This document shows, in pieces, positions 54,301 to 64,000 of a stretch of DNA of 64,000 nucleotides. A model generated the notes under the pieces. It was not told the origin of the DNA and ran no database searches. It worked only from the letters and a program-made list of their open reading frames with translations. Within the stretch, counting starts at the first letter, position 1, and each line of letters starts with the position of its first letter. Where the stretch lies: assembly GCF_002571385.2 (NCBI RefSeq), contig NW_019217908.1:150924-214923 (forward strand), read 5' to 3'. Source of the stretch: Stylophora pistillata (Eukaryota). The position numbers were made by a program, and so were the translations under genes.

Positions 54301-57300
54301 TAAATGTATAAATAACAAAACCCACTAAATAAACAAAGAGACTTGGCTGAGAGTTCTGCAGATCTGAGCACTTAACTCCTACATCCAGCACCAGAAAACT
54401 TCAAGGTTCAATAGACAGTCCTGAATTTTTATCTTTAAAATATTTTTCCGACAAAGAATTTATCCGTGGCAGCGTATATAATTACAATTGAGCATAATAC
54501 TGAAGAGAACGCTTTGGCGGAACAAAAAGGACAAAAGAAAAAATACAAAATCGGAATTCTTCGAATAAATGTTTCCTCAGCATCTTACCTTCACTACAAA
54601 TGTGTTTCCTGGTCTGTTCTCTGGCACAGTAACCCTATAAACAGCTTGGGAACATTTTGGATTATTGTCATTCAAGTCTGTGACATTGACAGTGACAGAT
54701 GCCACAGCTTGACGCTCTTCTGACGTCTTAGTTTCCTTTGCCACAACCTAAGATTAAACACAACGAAAAATCGATTGCAAATCAAAATTATGACACTGAG
54801 GTTTGTTGCACCATCCGGCAACGTAGGTGACTTTTCGAGATCGCGTTGCGAAACGGAGGTACATTGGAGGCAGATAGCTTTTCCAATTTGAGGACCCTTT
54901 TCCACGGAACCTAGAAGGGTCGAGGAAAGCGGATATATAATAATTCAGCGGTGCATGTTATCAGTTGGAGCAATGTTGGAATTCCTCCACCATTTTGGAT
55001 TACCGAGAGAAGTCTGGAAAGAACATTAGTAACCGCCCAACAACTCCATCCGACCACATACCCCCACTTCCTTGAACATTTAATTACTTACGGATATTAC
55101 AAAAGGTAAAACTCAAGTCATTGCACTGACCTGAAATGAATGCACATCCTCCGTTTCGCGATCGATTTCATCGTTTACCAAGATATATCCGGCAGGCGTG
55201 ACGGTAAACTTTCCTCCAGCGCGTTCCAGGCTGTACGAGAACACTGCGTTATTTCCCTAACATCAACAGAATGATGAAACCAGAGAGGTAAGTCTTTTTA
55301 AAAGCCAGGCGGCCCATTACCGCCCATACCAGAAGAGCTGGAAGCATATACCGGTTTCTTTAGCACAGGGCGACCAGGAGTTTTGTTATTCCTTCTTAAC
55401 GGAAAGGGAAGCTAATTTACCACAGGCAACAGCCAAAAGTTCAACAGATTCATTTCAGTCAAAATTTCATAGTACCCATCAAAGTTATCCTCAGATTTTT
55501 TAGTAGCCAGCAATACTGAAAAATATACAAAACTAAACAAAACTAAACAGCTTCTGGTTATCAATTGACTGCCCAATTGGCAAGAGCATCTTTTCCGCTA
55601 GCACCTATTCCCCCATGCTTTTACTCATTTTTTTTTCTTTCCCGTTTTAATTAATCAATCTATTCCATACGAAAATAAAACAAACGTTTCATATCAAGAC
55701 AAGTCTCCATAAACAAGAAGCCGATGAAAACGCCGACTTCGCCGGTGTTTTTAGAGAACACTGACTCCCTCCATAGTGTGTTCATACAATCACCATGACA
55801 CCTGAGTGTCTTGTTCGCCAGCACGACACAAAGACACATTCAGTGCTCTAACCTAAACCTTTAAATCCGAAATCCAATGTACTACCAACAAGCTAAGGCA
55901 GCCTCGTCACACACAATGAAAGGACATACCACTAACGAGATACAAAAAACTTATTATTTTTTTTTTCAAGAAACGAAATCAAAATCGCATCAGTAAGAAA
56001 AGTTACTGAGAAAATATCTGTGCTACTTTACCTCGTCTTTATCCACGGCTGTAACTCTCATAACAGTCATTCCAAGTGAAGCGTTTTCTAAAATTTCTCC
56101 TGAGTAAGGTGCGTCGATAAAAACAGGGGAATTATCGTTTACGTCTTTCACGGTTATCTTCACGTTAGCATAAACTGGGTTGTGATTAGTTGAAGTGGCC
56201 TGCAAGATGAAAATTAATTTCAGGGCACTGAACACAACATATTTTGTATCTGAACGTCCAGATTGAACTATAAACCTTTTAGTCTCTTCCTCGCAGCTGC
56301 TGCACCTGTGACGACAAGCAACTGAGTACGCTCTCCCAAATGTTTCGGAACAATCCCAGCTCCTAAATACCTCCAGCTTTTCTTACGGTATTTTTTATGT
56401 GGAAGCCAATTTGACCCACGATTTTGAGTAAAAGAACTTAAATGAGATGAACAGATAGGAGGTACTTGTGGCATCATTCGAATCGCAGAGAAAGTGGAGG
56501 TCTGATGTTGGTCCGGCCGAAGTGGAAGGACTACATCACTGCTCTCCTTGCCACCCGGAAAAACGGGTTCCATTGGTAACGCCCGATAAACTGACCCACT
56601 AAGTCAAGCCTGATACTTTTGTCAAATTACTCACCCCAATTCTCAAGTTATAAGAGTCCGTAGTTTCTCTGTCTAACGAGCCATTCACTGTTATCACTCC
56701 TGATATGCCAAGTATGGTGAATACGCTGTTAGGGTTCGTATCTTTAGGAGGAAAATGATATAAACACCGATCAAGCCAAGAAACCTATTTCCCGATCTGG
56801 AATTAACGAGCGAACATCATCATCAGCTTTAAGGTAAAACCTGAGGCAAAGATGACTTCTGCGTAGGTTAACGAAACGTCATGCACCATTACTAACACCA
56901 GGAAAGGATGAGATTTCACTCTCTCTTGTTTCAAAACGATTGCTTTTAGGATCGCCCTGACTCAAACCATCACACTACTTTATCAAATCCACTTTTTCCT
57001 TGTTATTTCCAACAAGACTCGTGAAAATTCATCAAAGTTCATCGTCTGATGAATTTTCATGATTTATAATCTTTGGTCCGTGTTTTCGATTTCAAGATTT
57101 TAAACGCATTCTATTAAGTTTCTTACTTGTATCTATGAAGTATTCCACTGGTGCATCCAACATCTTATCTCCGTCACGTGCTGTAACAGTCGTGACGTAA
57201 GTACCCTGTACGGTAAAGTATATTCCCAAATAACTTCAGTATAAGCATACCAACGTAATTCGTTTGTATCTAGTAAGGCGTGCACATCTACAAATTGCCT

Positions 57301-60300
57301 GTTCATTTTGAGACCGAATGGATCGCAATGAAGTGAGATTATCAAGATAATATTCCTGAAAAAAAGACTCCGTGATATCAAATGCTAAATTAGAATAGAC
57401 TAGGTGCAGTCACTGATTTCGGCGAAGTCCGTTCCCTGAGTTTAAAAGGTTCAGTGAAAAAAATTTCAAGTTGGCGCGCCACGCAGCCGGGGCTCTTGGA
57501 GTGAGGCGTACGAAAAGTATCCGCACGGTGCGCTAACTGTCAGGAACCAATTTTTTTTTCAGTCATTCTTTTTCATTAAAATTAGAAAAACAGAGCGTTC
57601 TTTTATCCAGAGTTGGGTTTGTGTATAACAAATACAGCTTGTAATTAATATAAAAAAAAATTTGCTGTTTCACAATCCCCGACCTTAGCTGCATTTTCTG
57701 GCACTTCTGCCTCGTATGAAGAGGGAGAAAACTCGGCCGGGAGATCATCGGCGTCATCTATGAGAATATTCAGTGTTGCGCTTGAGTTAAGTTCAATGCC
57801 AGGCCCGCTATCCTGAAGCAGATTATAGCGGATTAGTTCAGAAGAGTACATTCGGTTAGGCGTTGTAAAACCAAGCCAAACGTTAACACAACAGTCAGAC
57901 AGAGTAGAGGACAAAAAAACCATTGTTAAAGAAGGATTTATTCAATACCACTCGCAAAGTAAAAGCACACTAAGCAGCTCCAAATGCTATAAAACATGAG
58001 TTACGAGGTTCGTGTTTGTTTTAGTTTGCATGCTAATCCAGATCGATTCAAAATGCGATGCCAGTAAACTGTAACTGCAAATTACAGCAACTCCAAATTA
58101 CTTCTCATAAAACATTGAAGATGGCCATAGAAATGAATAAAAATAAATCATGTGCACTCGTTCCTTGATTCATTTTAGAAATGAGTGACACTTTTTTTTT
58201 TTCAGGGGGTGTGCTCTTTTCTTTATTATCAAAGCAGCCTAAGATAATGGTGCTGTTCTTTAAACTTTCTTCATTATCCTCAACTCGGATACCCGCATGC
58301 AGCTTTGGCGAGTCAGCATGGACTGGGAATTTGGACAGCGGCAGTTCCAAGGGATATTCTTAGAGTGGTTTAACTGAGACTCTACTAACCTTGGCAAGAA
58401 TTTTCAGGGTGTAGTTGTTGATGGACTCATAATCCAGTTTTTTGATGACGACAACACTGCCACCATACAAATCAATGTGAAATTTGTCTCCCTGAATAGA
58501 AAAATAATATACAAGTAAACTTATAGAGGTTTGTAAAATGCATGTAATCTTCCTCTTTATCGAATGAAACAGGCGGCCGTAAAAGTTTCATAGTTCTTTT
58601 ATTACAAATCATGCCCAAAGCACTGGAAAGCTATCATTCGAAACGGAACGAAATAAAACTTGAAGACATGAATATACCATAAAAGATTGCTATTCTAAAA
58701 AGATAATTTTTTTTTCTTCTTTGCAGTATCCAATCATCTTGTACTTTCCCAATACCGGTAATAAATAGGCACATAGTCTTGAAACGATTATCACAAAAGT
58801 TTAGTTCCACATGAAAATTTTCTATGCCTGTAAAAGGCACATGTATGCGATTATCCCTTTCACCCGGTTTTTACGCGATTTTCAATAAATTCATAAATCC
58901 TTTCGTGTTAAAAACTTGCACAGAGGCATGCGGCGCTTTAGAGCATTGACATCTATTTTTGACTAAACCTGACCGAGTTTTAAACTCAGGCCTCTGGAGC
59001 AAGCTCTAGTTGCTACGAAAGCAGTTCTTTTGCAGGATAAAATTTTTCTCATATATCTTTCGATAACTTATAATACTATAGAAATTATCAAGATTAACCA
59101 GTGAACCTACCACATTTCCTTCCACGATAGTAAACTGAATCAGATCCTTGGCCGGTGGGTCCGGCATATCTGCGTCAGTTGCTGTCACAGTGAATATTGT
59201 ACTTGTTGAACTGATGTCCTGCAGTCAAAAGAGAGTGCTTTTGAAACAGCAAGATAAACCTTATCATTACTTAAAATCACACTCCGGAGACACAATCTGG
59301 GTACTCACTGACTGAGATGGCCGAACGGAGAAGCATTAATTTGGCTCCAATTCAAGCCCCAGCGAACGGAACGAGTGACTGGGTAGTAGCGAGATTTACA
59401 CTTCATGATTGACAGCCCAATATTTCCAGTCTGGCTTGATCTGACTCAATCCCCGGCGGCCACTTTGTCAGATGACCACTGCTCTTACTCTCTCTTCGTT
59501 TCTTTCTGCATTTTGCATTTCGCTATTTTTTTTTCGCGGATTGCATACTTTTATTCTCTTATTTAATCCATTTCAAAGTCAGCTTTTACACATCACACAA
59601 ATATTCTCTCTTTTCCACTATATAAATCGCGATTAAAATGCATTACTAGAAGCTCTTCTTTCCAAGCCCTTTGCGCAAGGCATAAAAATCAGCGGAAAAC
59701 TTTTTTGCACGGCACCAACTTATCTTTCCCTGAATTTTCACAACTGATTAAGCGTGTAATCTTAAAAAGATAATTGTCTGGCACAGATCAAGCTTAGCTC
59801 TTCCCGTATATCTTTGTGTATTCTTAAACCAAGATCTTGCGCATTTCATTCTGCCATGAATTTAAAGATTTTGTTCGTATAACCCTGAGATGCCTAGAAA
59901 CATGAAGATGTTGATTAAACGACTCGCTATAGCTTGGTGTCAAATCTCACCTCACTGATCCTTTTTTGATAAGGAGTATTCTGAAAAACAGGCGTGTTAT
60001 CGTTGATGTCCTCTATAGTAATGGACACCGTCGCGGAAACCTGAAAAGATCACATATTCGAAATAAGTCATAAGCCAAAGTTTGTTCGTTTGCGACGGCT
60101 TTGTTTATATATAGCTTGTTTTCTTGTGTTTTGTCCGTTTATTTGTTACTTTGTTTTAAAAGCTGACCTACCTGTCGAAAACCCGAAAAAGCGAAACAAT
60201 GCTTCCTTTTTTAGGTCATGGTTTATGTACTTGATTTTACGATTCTGTTACAACATTTCGGTTAACTCCCACTCACGGCTCCTCGCTTATTCGAATAAAA

Positions 60301-61882
60301 GGACACTAAAAACATTGCATCGCAGGCACGTGGAACAAGGCCATACTGCTTTTGGCGTAAAATACGTGCCACATACACTTGGTTTGGTTATGTAATAGAC
60401 AAACGAAATCACTTATAAAGTCAATCAAATTAAGAAAAATTAAGGAATCATACAGTTTCCAATACTACCTTGGCCGCGGGTCCATTGACATTATCGTAAG
60501 CGTACACTGTGAACTGGATACTTTGATCTGGAGAAGTCTGTTTTGAAAGGAAAAGAGAGCAGTTATGTCCTCGTTGCATTTCTCGATTTATCAATTCATT
60601 TCCTCCACTTAGGTTTTTCCTAGATTGAAAGCAAGCACATTTGTTTGAATCTGTAAATCTCAGAATGCTAGGCCTTTTTACAAAGAAACTAAGATAACTT
60701 TCGATGCAACAACAACAAAATAACAAAATTTATTTATTATTAGCAATTAAAATACTTATCTAATAATCCCTACCCGCAAAATAGCAAAGCTAATCGAGGC
60801 GGCAGAAAAACAAACATTAAAATAAATTCTTCAATAACAAGTTTTACTGAACAAAGGAAATGACTCGGAGAGCATGCGTACACACGAACAATGAAAAACA
60901 GTACGATAACTGAGTTATAAGCCAATTTAGTATCACACCTTACAACTGGAACAACATTACAGGTGAAAAACAACGACAACAACAACAACAACAACAGCAA
61001 ATGTTGCTAAAAAGATTATAATTTCAAAATTTATCAACTTAAGTATGGACGTCAACATGACAGACCTACCTCTCTGTCGATGACGACATTAGAGGTTATC
61101 CACCCACTAGACTGGTCGATGCTGAACTTTCCGTCGGCGTCTGAGGCAATTTCATAGCTGATCGTATTTCCTTCTGCATCTGTGGCAGATACTTGAGTCA
61201 CTCTGGTGCCTGCGAAAAATAACTTTGTTTTAAACTTTTCCGCATCAAATCGTACTTTGGCTTGAAAGACAAGACTTCAAGACAGTTTTGCTAAAATCAA
61301 AAAGTTAATAAATAAAACAAACAAACAATAAAACCGCGAGAAGGAAAAAAATAATCAAGAAAGGAAAGAAGTAAAATTTAAGAAACATTTTCGATACCAT
61401 CAGTATTCTTGGGAAGAAGTTCGTTTGTAGCATCGTGGTTTGTTATCAAGCTTAAGGATTTTATTGTAATGGAGACTTACACTGGGAAGCTCTAACCAGT
61501 TCACAAAATTCTGTTTGGCGCAGTGAAGCTACATGCAACACGAATTTCCCGCCATCTCATCCACAAAAAATGCAATGCACCGATACGCATAACGGTATTT
61601 CAGTTATTAATAGTTGAAATAGCGAAAAAAGGATAAGTTAAGATAAATAAGTGTGGAAAATCGTATATGTAAGAAAATGATGAAAAACAATAAATATGTG
61701 AATGAGAAGTTTGCCACCGAGAAATGTGAAAAGGTATTCTTAATGAAAACTTGGTGCTTGCAAGAATCAAGAGTCTTATCTTTTGGTTGCATCTCATGAC
61801 TAAAACTTACCATTGGGTTCTTCCTCTTTAAATGTTGCAATAAACTGATTTTCACTAAACTTTGGCCTTTGATTGGGCTGAG
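4087..61882 (-). CDS. Giant multi-exon cadherin-23-like protein: ~36 EC repeats + inserted pentraxin/LamG and F5/8C domains + MAD + TM + PDZ-binding tail (roughly 4,500 aa; signal-peptide exon not found)
   Basis: Dozens of GT-AG exons encode DxNDNxP, LDRE and AxDxD motifs. First exon found (61811-61882) gives [13 protein letters not shown], resembling the CDH23 mature N-terminus QVNRLPFF. Last exon 4087-4227 ends GMVITKV-stop. Exon phases checked are compatible except across the N at 47269. Confidence 0.9.
6518..7869 (-). CDS. Membrane-adjacent (MAD/SEA-like) domain and transmembrane exons (7781-7869, 7077-7235, 6518-6715)
   Basis: [45 protein letters not shown]...[22 protein letters not shown] resembles the vertebrate CDH23 MAD28 pattern (DDQRV..EEFI..L.NIT..VN..ELLIHVV), recalled from memory. 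TM segment [22 protein letters not shown]. Confidence 0.85.
8495..8825. repeat. Tandem duplication, ~170 bp x2 (intronic)
   Basis: CACATGCT(C/T)ATAGAAAC...GCGGTAGGTCT...TAGCAC...AAAAAGGACG.CTGTGTGTCCGTATT occurs twice. Confidence 0.8.
11461..11642. mobile_element. Penelope-derived fragment with inverted arms and a minimal hammerhead ribozyme (minus strand, ~11521-11558)
   Basis: Minus strand reads CTGATGA-AAGGC-TGAC-GCTC-GAAA-CGTC. Arms GGTAATTTGGTTTTATCAACTGA / TCAGTTGATAAAACCAATTACC are inverted, as in PLE insertions. Confidence 0.7.
11886..12180. repeat. Tandem duplication, ~145 bp x2, with AAT microsatellite
   Basis: TTGTCAAGTTAATAACAAT...GGACAACGCGTGGAAATGAGAAGGCGACTTCGCATGTATAC occurs twice. 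Confidence 0.85.
17406..17658. mobile_element. MITE-like non-autonomous DNA transposon
   Basis: Terminal inverted repeats CAGGGGCGTAGCCAGG / CCTGGCTACGCCCTTG flank a ~250 bp GC-richer insert. No clear TSD. Confidence 0.75.
17776..19012 (-). CDS. F5/8 type C (discoidin) domain exons of the cadherin (18860-19012, 18299-18471, 17776-17932)
   Basis: [11 protein letters not shown]...GRLNN...[18 protein letters not shown]...VATQGR...VFQGNND...[24 protein letters not shown], the canonical FA58C motifs. Confidence 0.92.
20462..20615 (+). mobile_element. 5'-truncated copy of the SINE at 2664-2905
   Basis: Shares CTTTCTATAACATCAAGAAATGGTTA...GTCTTCTCGGATAGGG...CCCGTCTCCTGCAGG...CGAGATTACTGTGTGAT. Confidence 0.8.
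20774..21390. repeat. Minisatellite, 26 bp unit AATAACTGAACAAAGCACTACTGCGC, ~23-24 copies
   Basis: Near-perfect head-to-tail copies with no spacers; period confirmed (130 bp = 5 units). Confidence 0.97.
23117..24165 (-). CDS. Unusually large cadherin exon (~1.05 kb, about three EC repeats)
   Basis: Continuous open frame containing ORF 23113..23946 with DVNDNVP, DVNDNIP and DTNDNSP. In-frame acceptors at 24165 or 24156. Confidence 0.85.
27746..28100. mobile_element. Interspersed repeat (MITE-like); related fragment at ~45385-45682
   Basis: Ends GACGGCAACG / CGTTGCCGTAGCCGTC are inverted. The internal GCAAAGGACGGCTAAGAAATGTACAAAG segment matches the reverse complement of 45410-45445. Confidence 0.55.
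33615..33880 (-). mobile_element. tRNA-derived SINE (degenerate relatives at ~35100-35320 -, ~36505-36770 +, ~55330-55900)
   Basis: Minus strand GGGAGGCGCAGTGGCGTCCTGGTTAGTGCGCTCG...GGTTCGAGCCCTGGCCGGGGACATTATGTTGTGTTCTT: A/B boxes plus a body shared with the other copies. Confidence 0.75.
37734..44862 (-). CDS. Pentraxin/LamG (concanavalin A-like) domain exons of the cadherin (44683-44862, 38832-39046, 37734-37986)
   Basis: HQWPLD...G.L..GA...[27 protein letters not shown]...ISSGG...WFYFTFTWS...GLRYFQDG...LTIGKPN...[14 protein letters not shown], a LamG3/pentraxin-like pattern similar to the ADGRD1-type PTX domain. Confidence 0.85.
38535..38770 (+). mobile_element. SINE-like repeat with a tRNA-Thr(AGT)-like head; second partial copy at 50148-50280
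   Basis: GGCTTGTTAGCTCAATTGGTAGAGCGCTGCACTAGTATCGCAGAGGTCAGTGGTTCGAATCCCGTACAGGCC with an imperfect T-stem. Tail ACCGCAGTTCAAAATATATGAACTTCATATATTCAT is shared with 50240-50275. Confidence 0.75.
39745..39960. repeat. Degenerate tandem repeat, ~29 bp unit (AAAATCGGCCACTGGTGTCCAAAAT...), ~7 copies
   Basis: Recurrent GGCCAC/T..GTGTCCAAAA core. Confidence 0.75.
41434..41510 (-). ncRNA. Candidate Y RNA gene 1 (~75 nt)
   Basis: GAGGUCCGGAUGGUUGAGGGUUAUC-loop-ACCCCUCGCCGCUACUUGACCUC then TTT/TTTT. Carries the Ro60-site motif GGUCCG/ACUUGAC and the UUAUC loop motif. Confidence 0.8.
41537..41577 (-). promoter_or_regulatory. Type-3 Pol III promoter of Y RNA gene 1 (PSE-like + TATA)
   Basis: CTTACCATAATC at about -67 to -56 (human U6 PSE is CTTACCGTAACT) and TATATA at -32 to -27. 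Confidence 0.72.
41908..41940. repeat. (GTTT)n microsatellite
   Basis: About 8 GTTT units. Confidence 0.9.
42109..42172 (-). ncRNA. Candidate Y RNA gene 2 (~63 nt)
   Basis: GAGGUCCG-UAUGAGAAGGGU-UACCAUUCCCCCCCUUU-ACCCUUCUCAUA-ACUUGACUUC-CUUUU: perfect 12-bp upper stem, pyrimidine-rich loop, immediate T4 terminator. Confidence 0.8.
42198..42240 (-). promoter_or_regulatory. Type-3 Pol III promoter of Y RNA gene 2
   Basis: TATAAAA at -32 to -26 and GCACCACAG at about -66 to -58. Confidence 0.68.
43660..43734 (-). ncRNA. Candidate Y RNA gene 3 (~73 nt)
   Basis: GAGGUCCGGACGGUCGAGGGUUACC-loop-ACCCCUCGUCCACUCACUAGACCUC-AUCUCUG-UUUU. Confidence 0.78.
43758..43799 (-). promoter_or_regulatory. Type-3 Pol III promoter of Y RNA gene 3
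   Basis: TATAAATA at -31 to -24 and GCACCACAA at about -64 to -56 (same GCACCACA core as gene 2). Confidence 0.68.
44005..44265 (-). mobile_element. tRNA-derived SINE
   Basis: Minus strand GGGGAGCAGGGATGGCGCAGTGGTGAGAGC...GGTTCGATTCCCGG (A/B boxes), conserved-looking core GGGTTGAGTTTGTTGTTGGTTCTC, and a (TTTA)n-like tail. Confidence 0.8.
45115..45380. repeat. Tandem duplication, ~145 bp x2
   Basis: ACCTGTTC..GA.GTTCAGTT...AAAACAGAGTGCGAT...CGATAGTAGTTGTGAATGGAAAAAGC...GGTCAGAAAAATGAG occurs twice. Confidence 0.8.
52369..52441. repeat. 19 bp palindromic tandem repeat GGACTGACTTGATCAGTCC, ~3.7 copies
   Basis: Unit has self-complementary arms GGACTGA / TCAGTCC. Confidence 0.9.
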
Positions 61883-63062
61883 CTGAAAGTAAGGAACCGA
61901 AGAAAAATTACATTTAATTTTCAGTAAACTCAGTAATACTAAAAGACGTCCATTCCGTCTCCCGAACTGCTTCAGCTCTCCTAGAAGTAATCATTAATTA
62001 ATCCCTGAGTTCAGTACAATCTGCAGTCTCACTGAACACCGTTGTCGAGCAGATAAACGATGGGAAGAAAGGAAAATATAAACTAGGGAATGTTTTGCTT
62101 GATTTTTCTTCAAATTTTCAAGGCCAAAATTGTATGAAATGTACGATGGACAGTTAGGAACATGGTTGTGAGGGGATTAATAATGACCGTTTTAATACTC
62201 AGGCATGTTTATCAAGATGTTGGCTAATAAATCAGTTTTCATATTTTAAACTGAAACTGCACCTTCTTTAAAGATCTTTCATCGAAAGTTAAGGCCTGTT
62301 TTCACGATTGCATACTTAAATTCACTTTAACGTCGATACGCATTTGCAATTAACATAGTTCGAAAAAGCTGTGACTTCAACAAAACAAAATGAATATTTT
62401 CAAAGTACATGAATTGTCCAGTCTCGAGCTTTCTTTATGCTCTAGTCAGGAGTCGTAGTCTACTTGAGAAAAAGAATACTTTTTTTTCGGCTCTAGGAAC
62501 TTCAAAACCTGTTTCATTTTTAAGTATTTACCATTGAATGAAATAACTCAATCGACAGGGCTGGAATCCGCGGGATGCCATTCAGTGGGGGATAATATCA
62601 ACCGATTTACGAAGCCACTTGTTGGGAGAAAGGCGAAAGTTTGGGGTTCTTCAGTCTTGCTCGCACAGGAATATGATCGCAGTTTAGAAAAATTAATTGT
62701 ATTTGAACCTGTGTATAATATAAAAAGAAAGAAATAATCCTCGTAGGAGAGCGGAAAATAGCTGGAAAGAAATCTGAAATGATTAAGACTTCCATGGGTT
62801 TCGAACCGTGCTTCAGATCAGCTTTGCGTTTTTTGTGAAGTAAATTCTCATAGGTTCATTTCTTTACCTGTTTACCTTCATGTTTTTACTTTGATTTTCT
62901 TCTTTCAATGATCTCGAATCTTTTCAGATAACATCACACATAAAAAGTTACCGGTGAAAATTATTGTTCACCAAGTTTTCTTTTCGTGTGTATGGGATTT
63001 TTGAATGCATTTTATGAAAGAAAAACAAGTCTGGAAGAATTAAGATAGACAACATGTTGAAG

Positions 63063-63658
63063 NNNNNNNNNNNNNNNNNNNNNNNNNNNNNNNNNNNNNN
63101 NNNNNNNNNNNNNNNNNNNNNNNNNNNNNNNNNNNNNNNNNNNNNNNNNNNNNNNNNNNNNNNNNNNNNNNNNNNNNNNNNNNNNNNNNNNNNNNNNNNN
63201 NNNNNNNNNNNNNNNNNNNNNNNNNNNNNNNNNNNNNNNNNNNNNNNNNNNNNNNNNNNNNNNNNNNNNNNNNNNNNNNNNNNNNNNNNNNNNNNNNNNN
63301 NNNNNNNNNNNNNNNNNNNNNNNNNNNNNNNNNNNNNNNNNNNNNNNNNNNNNNNNNNNNNNNNNNNNNNNNNNNNNNNNNNNNNNNNNNNNNNNNNNNN
63401 NNNNNNNNNNNNNNNNNNNNNNNNNNNNNNNNNNNNNNNNNNNNNNNNNNNNNNNNNNNNNNNNNNNNNNNNNNNNNNNNNNNNNNNNNNNNNNNNNNNN
63501 NNNNNNNNNNNNNNNNNNNNNNNNNNNNNNNNNNNNNNNNNNNNNNNNNNNNNNNNNNNNNNNNNNNNNNNNNNNNNNNNNNNNNNNNNNNNNNNNNNNN
63601 NNNNNNNNNNNNNNNNNNNNNNNNNNNNNNNNNNNNNNNNNNNNNNNNNNNNNNNNNN
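63063..63658. other. Assembly gap (N run); single-N joins also at 21462 and 47269
   Basis: Run of N. Confidence 0.99.
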
Positions 63659-64000
63659 ATAGCGATTTATCCGTTGGATAGCGTTATCCGCCCTTTGAAC
63701 AACCGGAGCCTGATCAACAACAAAATATTTTCCAATGATCGAATTATAGGCGAAGAGCCTGATTTAAAGCAGAGTGGGAAAAATGTTTCAGCTAAACTCC
63801 TCTTTGCCGAAGAATACCTTCAGTTGAAATCAAATTACGTTCATCTAGGTTTATAAACTTCATCAGCACCAAAACACGCACTTTACATACCTTGAAGACG
63901 CTGAGCCAGATAAAGAAATGAAATCAACAGAAGGTGCAAAAGTTTTGCAGTAAGATACATTTTTGCAACCAATGAAGGTCTCAAAAGAGGTCGACGCGAA

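Noticed and set aside
63054-63662. 202 aa ORF
   Set aside because: Artefact of the N gap.

Overview
Eukaryotic DNA, AT-rich and intron-dense. The repeat families and genes point to a cnidarian, probably a stony coral (inference). The window starts with the 3' end of a Penelope-like retroelement (1-~440), followed by an intronless class A GPCR (649-1620, +). Almost all the rest is one giant multi-exon cadherin gene on the minus strand (stop at 4087, most 5' exon found 61811-61882). I count about 36 cadherin (EC) repeats, then a CDH23-type membrane-adjacent domain, a TM helix and a cytoplasmic tail ending in the PDZ-binding motif -ITKV. Two non-cadherin domains, a pentraxin/LamG-like domain and an F5/8 type C (discoidin) domain, are each inserted inside an EC repeat at the same loop, as three-exon phase 1-1 cassettes. 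The best find is in the 5.6 kb intron 39047-44682: three short hairpin genes on the minus strand. Each has the Ro60-binding Y RNA signature (GGUCCG...GGGUUA(U/C)C...ACU(U/A)GAC), its own PSE-like + TATA type-3 Pol III promoter and an oligo-T terminator, i.e. a candidate cnidarian Y RNA cluster. Introns also hold tRNA-derived SINEs, MITE-like elements, a Penelope hammerhead remnant and several tandem repeats. An assembly gap spans 63063-63658. All coordinates were read by eye.
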